Shown here: piece by piece, positions 16,386 to 26,965 of the stretch
Position numbering within the stretch: the first letter of the stretch is position 1
How the letters are laid out: each line of letters begins with the position of its first letter
IMG/VR virus record: IMGVR_UViG_3300023202_000383
Span: 192,508 to 256,507 of that record
Strand: one strand, 5' to 3'
DNA: 64,000 nucleotides
Made by a program: the position numbers and the translations under genes
The notes under the pieces: generated by a model
The model's database searches: none
What the model was told of the DNA's origin: nothing
What the model saw: only the letters and a program-made list of their open reading frames with translations

Positions 16386-19300
16386 GTGGCAGAACTTAAG
16401 GACTTCCATAACCCATCTTTTGTGGCGTGGCCACTATTTACTGACAGAACTGCCTATAAACCATTTGGGCAGCCTGTAATTCTTGTAGTGCCCCACGTCA
16501 GGGATGAAGAAGGCCGCAAATTTGCTAACAGCCTTCCCAGGCGAGTAAGCGTATGTATAGAAGAAGGCCCCGATCGGTGCCCAGTCGTCCAAAACCCAGG
16601 CGTTTTTTCTCCAGATTTAGATATATTCACCGTAGACCTCAATGAGAGGCAATTACTAGATCGCAAGATAGATCTAAATACTGTACAATATATAAATAGT
16701 GACGGAGATCTGCTCCCATCAGGGACGCAATGCGACCAAGCAGACATAGACAATAATGAGTGTCGATTTAGGTACACCACCAGAACTGGTTTAGTTGATG
16801 ATATATTATTCCTGAGCCATGCCGATTATTTTGATCTATCGGACATATTGTTGCCGACTGATTCTCTGCCTCCCGGCTTATATAATTTAGTTTATAAGGT
16901 TGATTTTAATGTAAGAAAAGTCAATGAAGACACTGACACATTTGTTTGTGTTGATCCAGATAATTTCAGAATCATCAGATCAACTTTCTTGTTCAATCAT
17001 CCAGGAGACGTCCTCCTGCAGATGGTTAATGGAACGCCAGCTCTTTACTTTACTGGTGAGTCTCGGTCTGATGATGAATTAATAGAATTCTATCGTCCGT
17101 TTTCGGATATACTGCAAGATATACACGATGAACAGAGATTTATCGAAGGCATAAATCATGTTTTTGATGTTCAATTCAATCTGATACCACACCTTGGCGC
17201 TTTGCTTGGGTGGGATATACCATATTTCCCGCGTTCGGCAGATAGTTTAAGGCGCGCTTTCCTTAGAAACACTGTCAGGTTCCAGAAGCTAAAGGGCACC
17301 AATCGTGTTGTCAGAGAATTGTTCGACCTGTTCGGATTCACTATAGATATCACCAACTTGTTCTGGTCCGCTGATGGATCGTCTTATGTTGGTCCTGGCG
17401 ATTCTACAAAACCTGAATTCATAATAGAGAAAAAGCAGGTTATAACAACAGAGCCAGTCTTGACAGAATACGATCAAGACGGATTCGGCAATCTAAATGT
17501 GCCGTTGCTGCGCAGGCCCGCTGAGGACTCCATAACTGTCAGGTCTTTTTTGGTTGAAGAAGGATCAGCAGCTGATGAAGAGCTCAAGAAAATAACTGGT
17601 GCATTGTCCGATGACATAGATAAATTCAATGACGAACTTAGGTCAGATGGGTGCGGCAATAGCCCAGCACAATCCATTCCGACAACGTTTATACCGGTCA
17701 CAATACCAGACGACGTAAGCACGGCAGTAGACAGTTTAGATGATGTGGCCGATCTTGATGGAGTTGCTGGCGATTCTACGATTTTTATCGGAGAAGATGG
17801 TAAAGCATCATCAATTAGGACGTCTAATCTTTCAACCGCACCGGTGTCGCTGACTAATATCAGGTTCGATTCAAACACCAACACTTTGTGTCTTGGGTTC
17901 GCTAGATATCTAGACTTCTCTGCTACTGGCACTGTCCTATATATTCTGGTGACCTATGGTTTTAATGACATAAGACCGCCAGAACAAATGGAGAACCTAC
18001 AGTCTAATAGGTTCGACATAGATATAGTCTTCAAGAACGGCCAGCTTCCAGATTCTGAGCTTCTTGAATTCTTGATCGACATGTTGTTTAAGGTCAAGGC
18101 ATTCCACTCGCTTTTGCGGGTTATCGGAATATCGTTTGATGATGAAACGATCGAAACGTACAATGTAAATGATTTGTGCGTCGGTGGTGACTTCTTGCAG
18201 AGATGTGACACTGACGCGGGCCAGTTGCAGGTTCCGCAAGAAGCCATAATACCGGAAGAATGCATACTGTCCTCCGACGATCCGTGTTTCACTATTCTTG
18301 AAGAGACATATGGATTCAGGGAACAAGATTTTACCTATAGAGATAGAGTTTTAAGAGGTCTTGAACAAGAATTCAATGCCTATAAAGCCCTAGACCCTAG
18401 AAATTGCAGGTTTACGCCTACCGGACAAGACAGGACCAAGGAGGACATAACTCAAGAAGTAGAGATCGAAGACGGCAAGAACACTTACTTTACCCCACAA
18501 AGAGAGTCTCTGTGTGATCTCGACGGTGATGACTTCTGTTATAGCGGAAGGGTTGCAGATCAGCTAATATTTCAGCCAACTATTCCATTCGTGGAAGTGT
18601 CCAGATTCAAGAAGTGCAGATTGAATCTGGGCGTTGGAGTATATTACACTTATCCAGCTCCAGATTGTGGGGTAAAGGTTCCGGGATTGCACTCTAGAGG
18701 AAGAAGTCTTCTGGGAAATACCCAGATAACCACACATGGTGCTACTAGAATATTCGGCAAATTCGATTCTACAGACCCTCCGAGATCTCTTTTGTATTCG
18801 GAACGTGGTGATCCAAGATTTGACAATTTGTTGGGTAACCTCACTAGATCATATGATGGGCTAATACCACAGGAATCCCGCAGCCTCCATTTCTCGGATG
18901 CATTATATTTAGAGAATTCGGTGTTCGCCAATCGACATCTGGCCATTCAGAGATTCCCTCTTGATGTTGAGAAAGACAATTTAGCATTCGCCCAACACAG
19001 ATTGCCGACACTCGGCAATCTCGAAAGCGATTTCACTCATTCAAGCTACAAGCTGAAACCACATGACGATGAATTAGAATGTGCATGCGAAATAAGATTT
19101 CCTAATAGCCTAGATGCAGAAATAACGATTGGGACCGATGGCGACGAATATCTATCGTATGATGACGAGTCATTCGCCATAGAGGCCAATGGTCTTCCAG
19201 CTGATATCTCGTCGTTAGGAACGCACGACACATCGACTTTCATAAATGCCGATGATGTCACACACAAAGTTTATTTGCAGCACGACAATGCTGGACTGTT

Positions 19301-20699
19301 AGACTCTGGCTTTAATCCATTTTTCGATCAGAATCTAGGCCATCCGTCCATAGAATTAGAATCAGCCATCGATTCTGTGTGCGTAATTGAGACAACCGAT
19401 CGTCCGATATTTAATTCAGCTGGCGTGTGCTCTTCTGGCGATATTAGCGATTACTCTGATGGCTATCCGGCAGTAAGTGGCTACCTGATGACTGATTTGG
19501 ATGATCAGGAATATTTCCCTGGCCTTAGTGACAAAGCCGCAGCTTGTTTAGAGAAGCTACTAGAAATTCCGGAAGAAATGGGCACTGGCTCTGATATACT
19601 GTTCTTACTGTCATCGCACATATTTGTAAATGATGGCGACGCTAGGTTTGGATTTTATAGACCATTCAGATTAGATTGTGGGTGCTTAACAATTGCGCCC
19701 GAATGTGATGAAGGCACTGGTGACTGCTTTGGTATTACCGTTCCTGATGACTGTCTTGGCGGAGCAGACTTTGACCAGGTAGAATTTGTAAACGATAGAA
19801 TGGCCCTTGAGGAGAATTTTGGTGCTAGGGATATATGCTTAGACGATCCAAATAGTAGCCTGTTCGAATTAAGACAATTACTAGACGGTACTGTGTCTCC
19901 TCGTGGAACACGAGGCGATGAGCCATTTCCACCGAACGGATCTTTTTCATTTAAAGACACATGGGGTACAATATTCGACGTCGAGTGGTCTACTACCGGA
20001 AACATATTTGAAATATCAATAACCACTAAGGAGCCTAGAATATGGGGCGAATCTTCACTAGATGGTGAAGTTGACAGTGGGACTGTGTTTAGAAGGGGAA
20101 TAAGAACAACTGTTGTTCAGAGATACAGAATCGTGGGGGACGAGTACGTGCTAATAGCGCATTCTTCGACTGCGCCGCCGCCTGTTCGAGGCGTGCCTGT
20201 AAGCTCAGATGTCGATCAAGACGTGATACAGTCTATAGATCTATTTGCACATTCCGGCAGAAATATATCATTCATTAATCCGTTCTTATTTAACTTAGAC
20301 TTTAGGATGCAAGATTGCTTCGGTGGACTCTCTATTCCTCTACATGAAGTTGATGAAGGACCGGCTTGGTCTGATGCAGACGACGACACAGATGGATTTA
20401 TATGGGCCGAACCGTGTGGGCTTGGTGGAACTGAACCTGGCGCACCTATAGGTGATTCTGATGTTACTGGGTTTGGATCTCTCGGCCCCATGTGCTGGTT
20501 GGATATATGGACCGAAGACGAAGAATGCGAATGTGCAATTATACCATCAAGTTCTAGCAGTGCAAGCAGCTCTAGCAGCTCTACTTCTAGTGCTAGCAGT
20601 TCGTCTAGTTCTGGTAGCAGCTCATCAGAATTTGATGTATGCGTGGAAATATTTGGGTCGTCAAGCTCTAGTGGGTCGTCGTCCAGTAGCTCGGCATAG
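16386..20699 (+). CDS. large virion structural protein (baseplate wedge / P2 gpI-like domain) with Ser-rich C-terminus
   Basis: LIPHLGALLGWDI...LRRAFLRN...KLKGTNRVVRELFDLFG matches the tail protein I pattern; acidic and Cys-rich; poly-Ser end. Confidence 0.7.
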   Translation: MAELKDFHNPSFVAWPLFTDRTAYKPFGQPVILVVPHVRDEEGRKFANSLPRRVSVCIEEGPDRCPVVQNPGVFSPDLDIFTVDLNERQLLDRKIDLNTVQYINSDGDLLPSGTQCDQADIDNNECRFRYTTRTGLVDDILFLSHADYFDLSDILLPTDSLPPGLYNLVYKVDFNVRKVNEDTDTFVCVDPDNFRIIRSTFLFNHPGDVLLQMVNGTPALYFTGESRSDDELIEFYRPFSDILQDIHDEQRFIEGINHVFDVQFNLIPHLGALLGWDIPYFPRSADSLRRAFLRNTVRFQKLKGTNRVVRELFDLFGFTIDITNLFWSADGSSYVGPGDSTKPEFIIEKKQVITTEPVLTEYDQDGFGNLNVPLLRRPAEDSITVRSFLVEEGSAADEELKKITGALSDDIDKFNDELRSDGCGNSPAQSIPTTFIPVTIPDDVSTAVDSLDDVADLDGVAGDSTIFIGEDGKASSIRTSNLSTAPVSLTNIRFDSNTNTLCLGFARYLDFSATGTVLYILVTYGFNDIRPPEQMENLQSNRFDIDIVFKNGQLPDSELLEFLIDMLFKVKAFHSLLRVIGISFDDETIETYNVNDLCVGGDFLQRCDTDAGQLQVPQEAIIPEECILSSDDPCFTILEETYGFREQDFTYRDRVLRGLEQEFNAYKALDPRNCRFTPTGQDRTKEDITQEVEIEDGKNTYFTPQRESLCDLDGDDFCYSGRVADQLIFQPTIPFVEVSRFKKCRLNLGVGVYYTYPAPDCGVKVPGLHSRGRSLLGNTQITTHGATRIFGKFDSTDPPRSLLYSERGDPRFDNLLGNLTRSYDGLIPQESRSLHFSDALYLENSVFANRHLAIQRFPLDVEKDNLAFAQHRLPTLGNLESDFTHSSYKLKPHDDELECACEIRFPNSLDAEITIGTDGDEYLSYDDESFAIEANGLPADISSLGTHDTSTFINADDVTHKVYLQHDNAGLLDSGFNPFFDQNLGHPSIELESAIDSVCVIETTDRPIFNSAGVCSSGDISDYSDGYPAVSGYLMTDLDDQEYFPGLSDKAAACLEKLLEIPEEMGTGSDILFLLSSHIFVNDGDARFGFYRPFRLDCGCLTIAPECDEGTGDCFGITVPDDCLGGADFDQVEFVNDRMALEENFGARDICLDDPNSSLFELRQLLDGTVSPRGTRGDEPFPPNGSFSFKDTWGTIFDVEWSTTGNIFEISITTKEPRIWGESSLDGEVDSGTVFRRGIRTTVVQRYRIVGDEYVLIAHSSTAPPPVRGVPVSSDVDQDVIQSIDLFAHSGRNISFINPFLFNLDFRMQDCFGGLSIPLHEVDEGPAWSDADDDTDGFIWAEPCGLGGTEPGAPIGDSDVTGFGSLGPMCWLDIWTEDEECECAIIPSSSSSASSSSSSTSSASSSSSSGSSSSEFDVCVEIFGSSSSSGSSSSSSA
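20547..20696 (+). repeat. Ser-rich low-complexity tract
   Basis: Encodes SSSSSASSSSSSTSSASSSSSSGSSSSE...GSSSSSGSSSSSSA with mixed Ser codons. Confidence 0.9.
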
Positions 20700-20749
20700 T
20701 TACGGTAAATATACTTAAGATAAGTATTGTATACTAACAGGAGGTCTGA

Positions 20750-22030
20750 ATGACGCTTCCAGACAATAGAATTAGATACCCGGCTGGACTGGTTGATTTT
20801 GCTGGGGAAGTTGGTCTTACTGGGCAAGACCATGATAGTTATCCTCTGCAAAATACACAAGCTCGATTTGACTGGATGCGGCTAACCCTAATAGGTTTGT
20901 TGAGCAATCAGTCTTCTGTGGGTGATGAGCCAACACAATTCAGGCAAGGCACTACGTGGTTTGATCTTGATGGTGGGCCAGATGGTGCTATGAAAGTCCG
21001 GATAAGGGAAGGGTCGGACGGTACCTGGACAACTCTTGCAGATGTAATACTTCTTGAAACAGTTGACGGCACTGTATTCACTTTAAGCGAATTCTTTCAG
21101 CAAGTTGCATTAGAGAATGGTATTGGTGATGCTACCTTAGTCGAAGCCGACCCAAACTCTCCGCAGCTATCGGTGACATTTAATTCCGGTACTGGTCAAT
21201 TTATTATCTCTTTCGACCAAACGGAAGTAGATCATAAATTTATTAAAAATTCCGGAACGAAAACGCATGCCCAGATAGATTCCCATATTGATAGCACTAG
21301 CAACCCGCACGGGGTCACAGCGACCCAAGTTGGCAAGGATACTGCACAATGGAATGCTAACAGGATTCTTGGTAATACGGTAGCTGGCACGCCGTTAGAT
21401 GATGAGGTGTTAAGATATGATAATTCTTCTAGCCAATGGATCCCTGGTAAGATAAATAATGATAATATAGAATCTGGTAGCATAACTGGAGACAACATAG
21501 CGTCTGGTACAATCGAGAACGAAAATCTCGCACCTGGTACAGCAAGACTAAAATTCCAGTTATTAGATGCTATAGAAGGAGCTTTCACCTCTGGCGAATG
21601 GATGGCGGGGTCGGAAGGCGATATGTCCAAGACGTTTGAAATCGTCTTATCCGACATAATTAGTGCGGGCGGAGGTAGTGGTTCTGGATTTGCGTTTTCT
21701 GATATTTCGATGTTCTGGGTAGATATCGAGTTTGACATAAGTACTGGAGGCGTATTGCCAGCCAGTTGCCAACTTCGTCAATTCAGCGATTCGGTTGTTG
21801 TTGGCAGCGGTGGTTCCGGGACTGGCGGAGGCCCTGTTCTTGAGAGCTTTGACACTATTTATGAGATAGGATCGACTGCTGGTACTGCACCAGATTCTAT
21901 TACAAAATTCAGAACAACTATATTGGTTCCAAGGATTGAGAACAGCAGATTAAGATTCCAACTGTACTCAGACGACGCGAACTTTTCGGAACTCAAGTTC
22001 GCTGTGGTCGGAATAATGTCATACTTCTAA
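20750..22030 (+). CDS. tail-fibre-like structural protein
   Basis: THAQIDSHIDSTSNPHGVTATQVG, DEVLRYDNSSSQW, ITGDNIASGTIENENLAPG are typical fibre repeats. Confidence 0.7.
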   Translation: MTLPDNRIRYPAGLVDFAGEVGLTGQDHDSYPLQNTQARFDWMRLTLIGLLSNQSSVGDEPTQFRQGTTWFDLDGGPDGAMKVRIREGSDGTWTTLADVILLETVDGTVFTLSEFFQQVALENGIGDATLVEADPNSPQLSVTFNSGTGQFIISFDQTEVDHKFIKNSGTKTHAQIDSHIDSTSNPHGVTATQVGKDTAQWNANRILGNTVAGTPLDDEVLRYDNSSSQWIPGKINNDNIESGSITGDNIASGTIENENLAPGTARLKFQLLDAIEGAFTSGEWMAGSEGDMSKTFEIVLSDIISAGGGSGSGFAFSDISMFWVDIEFDISTGGVLPASCQLRQFSDSVVVGSGGSGTGGGPVLESFDTIYEIGSTAGTAPDSITKFRTTILVPRIENSRLRFQLYSDDANFSELKFAVVGIMSYF

Positions 22031-22416
22031 TGGTTACTGCAGAACAGTTAGCCGAAATTATAGAGGAGATAGATCCATCCGCTAGAGAATGGGTCTATAA
22101 CAGATATTGTAGGCATTGCGGTAGATATTTATACTCTGATTCTGAATGCAACAAATGTGGTTCGCCAGCAGTCGATCCAGTGACTAGACCGTTGCCATTT
22201 CAAACATCTGCTACTGCCATTGAAAAATTAGTTGTATGGGCTAAGAAGATGGCTAAAAATGATGTTGATGCTGAGATTATACATAATATAAAATCTATCG
22301 TATATAAGTGGTACGATGTCGATGATGGTTCGTTTTCTAAGGATCCGAAAAAACATCATCAAGACATAATTGAATCAGTATATGACCACTTGAACCAGCA
22401 TGATAGAACAAGTTAG
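22030..22416 (+). CDS. hypothetical zinc-finger protein
   Basis: CRHCG...CNKCG. Confidence 0.6.
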   Translation: MVTAEQLAEIIEEIDPSAREWVYNRYCRHCGRYLYSDSECNKCGSPAVDPVTRPLPFQTSATAIEKLVVWAKKMAKNDVDAEIIHNIKSIVYKWYDVDDGSFSKDPKKHHQDIIESVYDHLNQHDRTS

Positions 22417-24223
22417 AATCTTAAGGGCCGGACCCAACAAGCATACTAAACAGGTATCTGCGAGGCGCGAGTGGGTTCCTGATGTATCAATAATAACGTC
22501 AGTATATAATGGCGATCAATTTATTAAGCAGTTTCTCGATGATATTATAAGACAAAGCATTTTTAATAAATGCGAACTTATAATGCTGAATTGCAACTCT
22601 CCAGGCTATGAAGACGCAATCATTAGGCATTATGCAAAAGAGCATAAGAATATTATATATAAGAAATTAGACCATGATCCAGGCATATACAACGCTTGGA
22701 TCATGGGTATAAAAATGGCTAGGGGTAGATATATCACAAATGCTAATCTCGACGACAGGAAGCACCCCCAGAATCTTGAAATCCTTAGGGATGAACTAGA
22801 TAACAACCCATCATATGATATTGTATGCGGTTTGACAAAGACTACGCCAATACCAAATGAGATGTGGGAGGATGTAAAATCCAACATAGTATGGTGGAGA
22901 GATGCACCTAATAACATAACAGTTGACTCATTGTTCAGAAAAGAAGACGGAGACATCGTTGGCAACAATGTTATACATTGCATGCCGATGTGGAGGAAGA
23001 AATTACATGCCAAATTTGGATATTTCGAAGAGTCGGAATACGGCACATTCTCTGATTGGGCTTTTTGGCTAAAATGTCTTTCTGGTGGTGCGCGGGCCAG
23101 AAAACTTAATCAAGTTATTGGTGTATACTTAGAAGATCCTGCGTCACACGGACATAGGAATTATGATTATAATATAGTCAACAAGATTATAGATGAATAT
23201 TGTATAAAAGGCAGATCGATAGGGTCGAAGATGAAGTCGGTCTATCATATTGAACACCATTATGATAGAAAATTAAATCTTGGGCAAGAAACATTAAAAC
23301 ACATATATGGAGAACACCGGTCTGGGTGGTCATATGCCATGAGTAGCCTCGTGTCTCTTCACACTGCAAATGGTGTCGCGCTCGACCCTTTCATAGAGAA
23401 GAAATTTAACTGGGGAAACAGCCCTGGTGATCTTAGGAACAATCACTCGCCGCACAATTACCCTTGGGTTGGATTTATTCACAACCCACCAAATATGCCA
23501 TGGTGGTTCCAATATGACCAATCGCCGCACGCAATATTTACTATGGAAAGCTGGAAGCAGAGTATGTTGCATTGCAAAGGCTTGTTCTGCTTGTCTAAAT
23601 ATCACAAAGATTGGCTAGAGACTAAGCTTGATGTGCCGGTGTGCAATCTCTACCATCCAACTGAGTTCCCAGAAGAAAAATTCGATTTAAATAGATATGC
23701 CGCAAATCAAGACAAGAAAATCATTCAAATTGGCTGGTGGCTTAGAAAACTAAATTCTATATATATGCTCCCAACTAAGAAGTTAAAAAGAGCGGTGTTG
23801 ATGCCTAACAAACCATATGTGGCTGAACTGTACAGGAAAGAGAGGGCGGTCAATAACCTTAATGTAGATGAGTCCACGGCAGAGAAAATTTCATTTGTTC
23901 CCAATAAATTATATGACTCACTTTTGGCTAGCAATCTTGTATTCGTTGATCTGTATGACTCAAGTGCTAATAACGCTGTTATTGAATGCATTGCTAGGAA
24001 TACTCCAATAGTGGTCAGGCGAGTACCGGCTGTAATCGAATATCTTGGCGAGGGCTATCCACTCTATTTCGATTATTTAGATGACGCAGCTGCAAAAGCT
24101 GAGAATTTCGAATTAGTATCAGAAGCCCATCAATACCTGTGCGACAATCCTATAAAGGAAAAGTTAACTAGAGAGTATTTTCTAGAATCGTTCGCTGAGT
24201 CAGAGATATATAAGTCATTATGA
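22400..24223 (+). CDS. two-domain glycosyltransferase (GT2 N-terminal plus GT-B-like C-terminal domain)
   Basis: VSIITSVYNG...YITNANLDDR; C-terminal WVGFIHNPP, LYHPTE, DLYDSSANNAVIECIARNTP. Confidence 0.8.
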   Translation: MIEQVRILRAGPNKHTKQVSARREWVPDVSIITSVYNGDQFIKQFLDDIIRQSIFNKCELIMLNCNSPGYEDAIIRHYAKEHKNIIYKKLDHDPGIYNAWIMGIKMARGRYITNANLDDRKHPQNLEILRDELDNNPSYDIVCGLTKTTPIPNEMWEDVKSNIVWWRDAPNNITVDSLFRKEDGDIVGNNVIHCMPMWRKKLHAKFGYFEESEYGTFSDWAFWLKCLSGGARARKLNQVIGVYLEDPASHGHRNYDYNIVNKIIDEYCIKGRSIGSKMKSVYHIEHHYDRKLNLGQETLKHIYGEHRSGWSYAMSSLVSLHTANGVALDPFIEKKFNWGNSPGDLRNNHSPHNYPWVGFIHNPPNMPWWFQYDQSPHAIFTMESWKQSMLHCKGLFCLSKYHKDWLETKLDVPVCNLYHPTEFPEEKFDLNRYAANQDKKIIQIGWWLRKLNSIYMLPTKKLKRAVLMPNKPYVAELYRKERAVNNLNVDESTAEKISFVPNKLYDSLLASNLVFVDLYDSSANNAVIECIARNTPIVVRRVPAVIEYLGEGYPLYFDYLDDAAAKAENFELVSEAHQYLCDNPIKEKLTREYFLESFAESEIYKSL

Positions 24224-24927
24224 AAATAACAGCCATAACTTTGTCAGTTAATTATGGTGATATTTTAAAAATGACTTTGTTGCATATGCTCGATCAGTTT
24301 GATTCAGTATATGTAGTTACCGACGAGCAGGATCGTTATACTAGGTCTTTAGCGCGTCGTTTAAATGCAAATCTTGTCGAGACCAACATATTTTATGATG
24401 GCGGAGCTAAATTTAATAAATCTAAAGCAATAAATTTAGCATATAGACTGGCAGATGCAAATGAATGGGTCGCACTAATAGATGCAGATATCATGCTGCC
24501 AGAAAACTTTAGAGATATTGCCAACAATCATATATGCAATATCGACCACTTATACTCAGCACCAAGGGTGGTTTATAATACATATGAAGACCTGATCAAC
24601 AATAATTACTCTAAAGACAATCTCGGTAAAAAGACCGGCTGGGGATACTTACAAATATTCCACCCAAAATGCCCAAAAATAAATAAATATCAATTATATA
24701 ATGAGAGATATCACGACGCTAGTAGTGGTGATGTAGAATTTCGATATCAATGGGGCGAAGACGAAATAATAACTTTGCCGATTGTCTTGAAGCACTTGGG
24801 GCCAGTAAAATCAAACTGGAGTGGTAGGAGGGCACCTGAATTTAGCCCGCCAAAAACATGGAAAGATTCTATTTCAAAGCTTCGGCCTGCATTGCTTCCA
24901 CCCTTGCTAGATGCAGATCGTGCTTAG
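24220..24927 (+). CDS. glycosyltransferase, GT-A fold
   Basis: [22 protein letters not shown] DxD motif, GYLQIF. Confidence 0.75.
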   Translation: MKITAITLSVNYGDILKMTLLHMLDQFDSVYVVTDEQDRYTRSLARRLNANLVETNIFYDGGAKFNKSKAINLAYRLADANEWVALIDADIMLPENFRDIANNHICNIDHLYSAPRVVYNTYEDLINNNYSKDNLGKKTGWGYLQIFHPKCPKINKYQLYNERYHDASSGDVEFRYQWGEDEIITLPIVLKHLGPVKSNWSGRRAPEFSPPKTWKDSISKLRPALLPPLLDADRA

Positions 24928-25879
24928 TCATATCCTCAATCAATTCTTTGAATCCATATTTTGGCTTCCATCCTAGTTTGTCTTTAGCTTTCGATGGATT
25001 ACCTATTAATCTTTCGACCTCTGTTGGTCTTAGATATCTTTCAGCAGTGTCGACGTGGCTTGTTGGATCAATATCTAAGTAATTGAAAGCTATATCTACA
25101 ACTTCTTTGACTGAATGGTCCTCGCCTGTAGCTATTACATAATCACCTGGTTCGTCTTGTTGAAGCATCAGCCACATTGCTTCAACATAATCCCTGCTAT
25201 GGCCCCAATCCCGCCTAGCATCTAAATTTCCTAGATATAGCTTATTCTGCAGCCCATGTTTTATTCTTCCAGCTGCCCTTGTTATCTTGCGTGTAACAAA
25301 TGTTTCTCCACGCCGTGCGCTTTCATGGTTGAATAAAATTCCACAATTTATGTGCATCCCGTAACCTTCTCTATAATTTGTAGCTATATTGTGAGCATAT
25401 AATTTAGCAGCAGCATATGGGCTTCTGGGATTAAATGGGGTAGATTCATCAGCTGGTTCTGATAGACTACCATACATTTCGCTACTTGACGCTTGATAAA
25501 ATCTTATATCTTTCTTTGTCCTTTCTTTGTACGCCCTTATAGCTTCTAGGAGCTTTAGCGTACCTATACCCACGACCTCGCCAGTATACACAGGCTGCAA
25601 GAAAGATACTTTCACGTGGCTTTGAGCGGCCAGGTTGTATACTTCATCGGGTTCGAGATGGTTTATAAGATTCGAGAGAGACCCAGCGTCGGTCACATCG
25701 CCATAATGCAAATGTAGTCGCTCATGGCCAAATATGTGGTCAATTCTATCTGTGTTGAACGTAGATGCTCTTCTAATTATGCCGTGAACTTCGTAGTCCT
25801 TTTCTAGAAGCAATTCTGCTAGGAAAGACCCATCCTGGCCCGATATCCCACTTATAAGCGCAGTTTTCTGAGGCACCAA
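24869..25879 (-). CDS. gmd: GDP-mannose 4,6-dehydratase
   Basis: [55 protein letters not shown]. Confidence 0.98.
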   Translation of the reverse strand: MVPQKTALISGISGQDGSFLAELLLEKDYEVHGIIRRASTFNTDRIDHIFGHERLHLHYGDVTDAGSLSNLINHLEPDEVYNLAAQSHVKVSFLQPVYTGEVVGIGTLKLLEAIRAYKERTKKDIRFYQASSSEMYGSLSEPADESTPFNPRSPYAAAKLYAHNIATNYREGYGMHINCGILFNHESARRGETFVTRKITRAAGRIKHGLQNKLYLGNLDARRDWGHSRDYVEAMWLMLQQDEPGDYVIATGEDHSVKEVVDIAFNYLDIDPTSHVDTAERYLRPTEVERLIGNPSKAKDKLGWKPKYGFKELIEDMTKHDLHLARVEAMQAEALK

Positions 25880-25925
25880 ATTCTCCTAATTCGCGGTTTC
25901 CACGGTGGAAACCAAAATAACAATC

Positions 25926-26030
25926 TTATTTCTTATTACTCTTGGAGCCTGCGATCAAGCATATTACGCCAAACAGAATAATTAGTGATGATATCGCAAC
26001 GCATGCCAAGATGAACGCTTCGTCATTCAC
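25926..26030 (-). CDS. 34-aa single-pass membrane peptide
   Basis: Hand-translated MNDEAFILACVAISSLIILFGVICLIAGSKSNKK; GTG start overlaps the upstream TGA. Confidence 0.4.
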   Translation of the reverse strand: MNDEAFILACVAISSLIILFGVICLIAGSKSNKK

Positions 26031-26470
26031 AGCTTACGCATCTTACAATGTTTGATCAAATTGATGTTGTCCGGTGTCGTCAGAAAGGTCCCGTCTTTAT
26101 TGACAAAACCTATCATATCTTCTCCGAGGACACTCGGGATCTTGAAAGCTTCTTTGGGATTTGCCACGATTGTGCAATGCTCAAATGATGCATCAGACCC
26201 GACCGTCAAGCAGCAGCATTTATGCTTGTCAGAACCCCTCGGAGGTCTAGAAGCACTGCTCAGCATAATCAGGTCGACGTTATCGATATCGGTAGAATGG
26301 ACCCCGTCTCTGCATTCCCACACGAAGGTCTTTTTATAAAGTGATCTAACGCCTTTTGGCGTCTTGCCGGGTGGATATATCGATACGTTTTCGAACGGGG
26401 TACCAGCAATAACCGCTAATTTAGCTTTTGTCTTTTTCATTTCTTTATATTTTCTCTCGGACATAAACAT
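26027..26470 (-). CDS. hypothetical protein
   Basis: ORF; ATG 26470 preferred. Confidence 0.6.
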   Translation of the reverse strand: MFMSERKYKEMKKTKAKLAVIAGTPFENVSIYPPGKTPKGVRSLYKKTFVWECRDGVHSTDIDNVDLIMLSSASRPPRGSDKHKCCCLTVGSDASFEHCTIVANPKEAFKIPSVLGEDMIGFVNKDGTFLTTPDNINLIKHCKMRKL

Positions 26471-26503
26471 TTTCTTTTGCGACGTGGCGTGACACAACCG
26501 TTC

Positions 26504-26824
26504 ATGGAGCCGATAAGTCACATGCTCGCTAGAGTTTTGGTTCTTGAGTTAGAGCTTATGGCATCAGTATATTCTGTCAATGAGAAAGATGGAGTCGGAA
26601 TATATACTTCGCATACGACGAGTGTACCAGCTAAAATATGCCGTGTGAGCGACAGCAAATGCGTTGTTTGGTCTTATCATCATAATATATCAACACCAAT
26701 AGAGCAGATGGTGTTTGAATATTCTATAGAGGACCCGTCGTTTGATCCTCAGAAATTGGCTAATGACGTCTGCAAGTTCGCTTTTGAAGCTGCGTGCATC
26801 GGGAAAGGTGTCCGAGAACAGTGA
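26504..26824 (+). CDS. hypothetical protein, DPxF(D/N)P family
   Basis: YSIEDPSFDPQKLANDV. Confidence 0.6.
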   Translation: MEPISHMLARVLVLELELMASVYSVNEKDGVGIYTSHTTSVPAKICRVSDSKCVVWSYHHNISTPIEQMVFEYSIEDPSFDPQKLANDVCKFAFEAACIGKGVREQ

Positions 26825-26965
26825 GGTTATGATTGCTTTAGTACGTAAAACTTCACGCAGTATAAGGAATCTAACCTATGTTTGAGAGAAATAATGGTTT
26901 TTCTCGCCGCTCGCGGGAGACACACTCCGGTGAACAAACGTCTTTCCCACTAACCGGAGACAATC

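Noticed and set aside
25895-25913. Perfect inverted repeat GGTTTCCA-CGG-TGGAAACC upstream of gmd
   Set aside because: Single occurrence, no second copy or other support; may be an operator but cannot be argued
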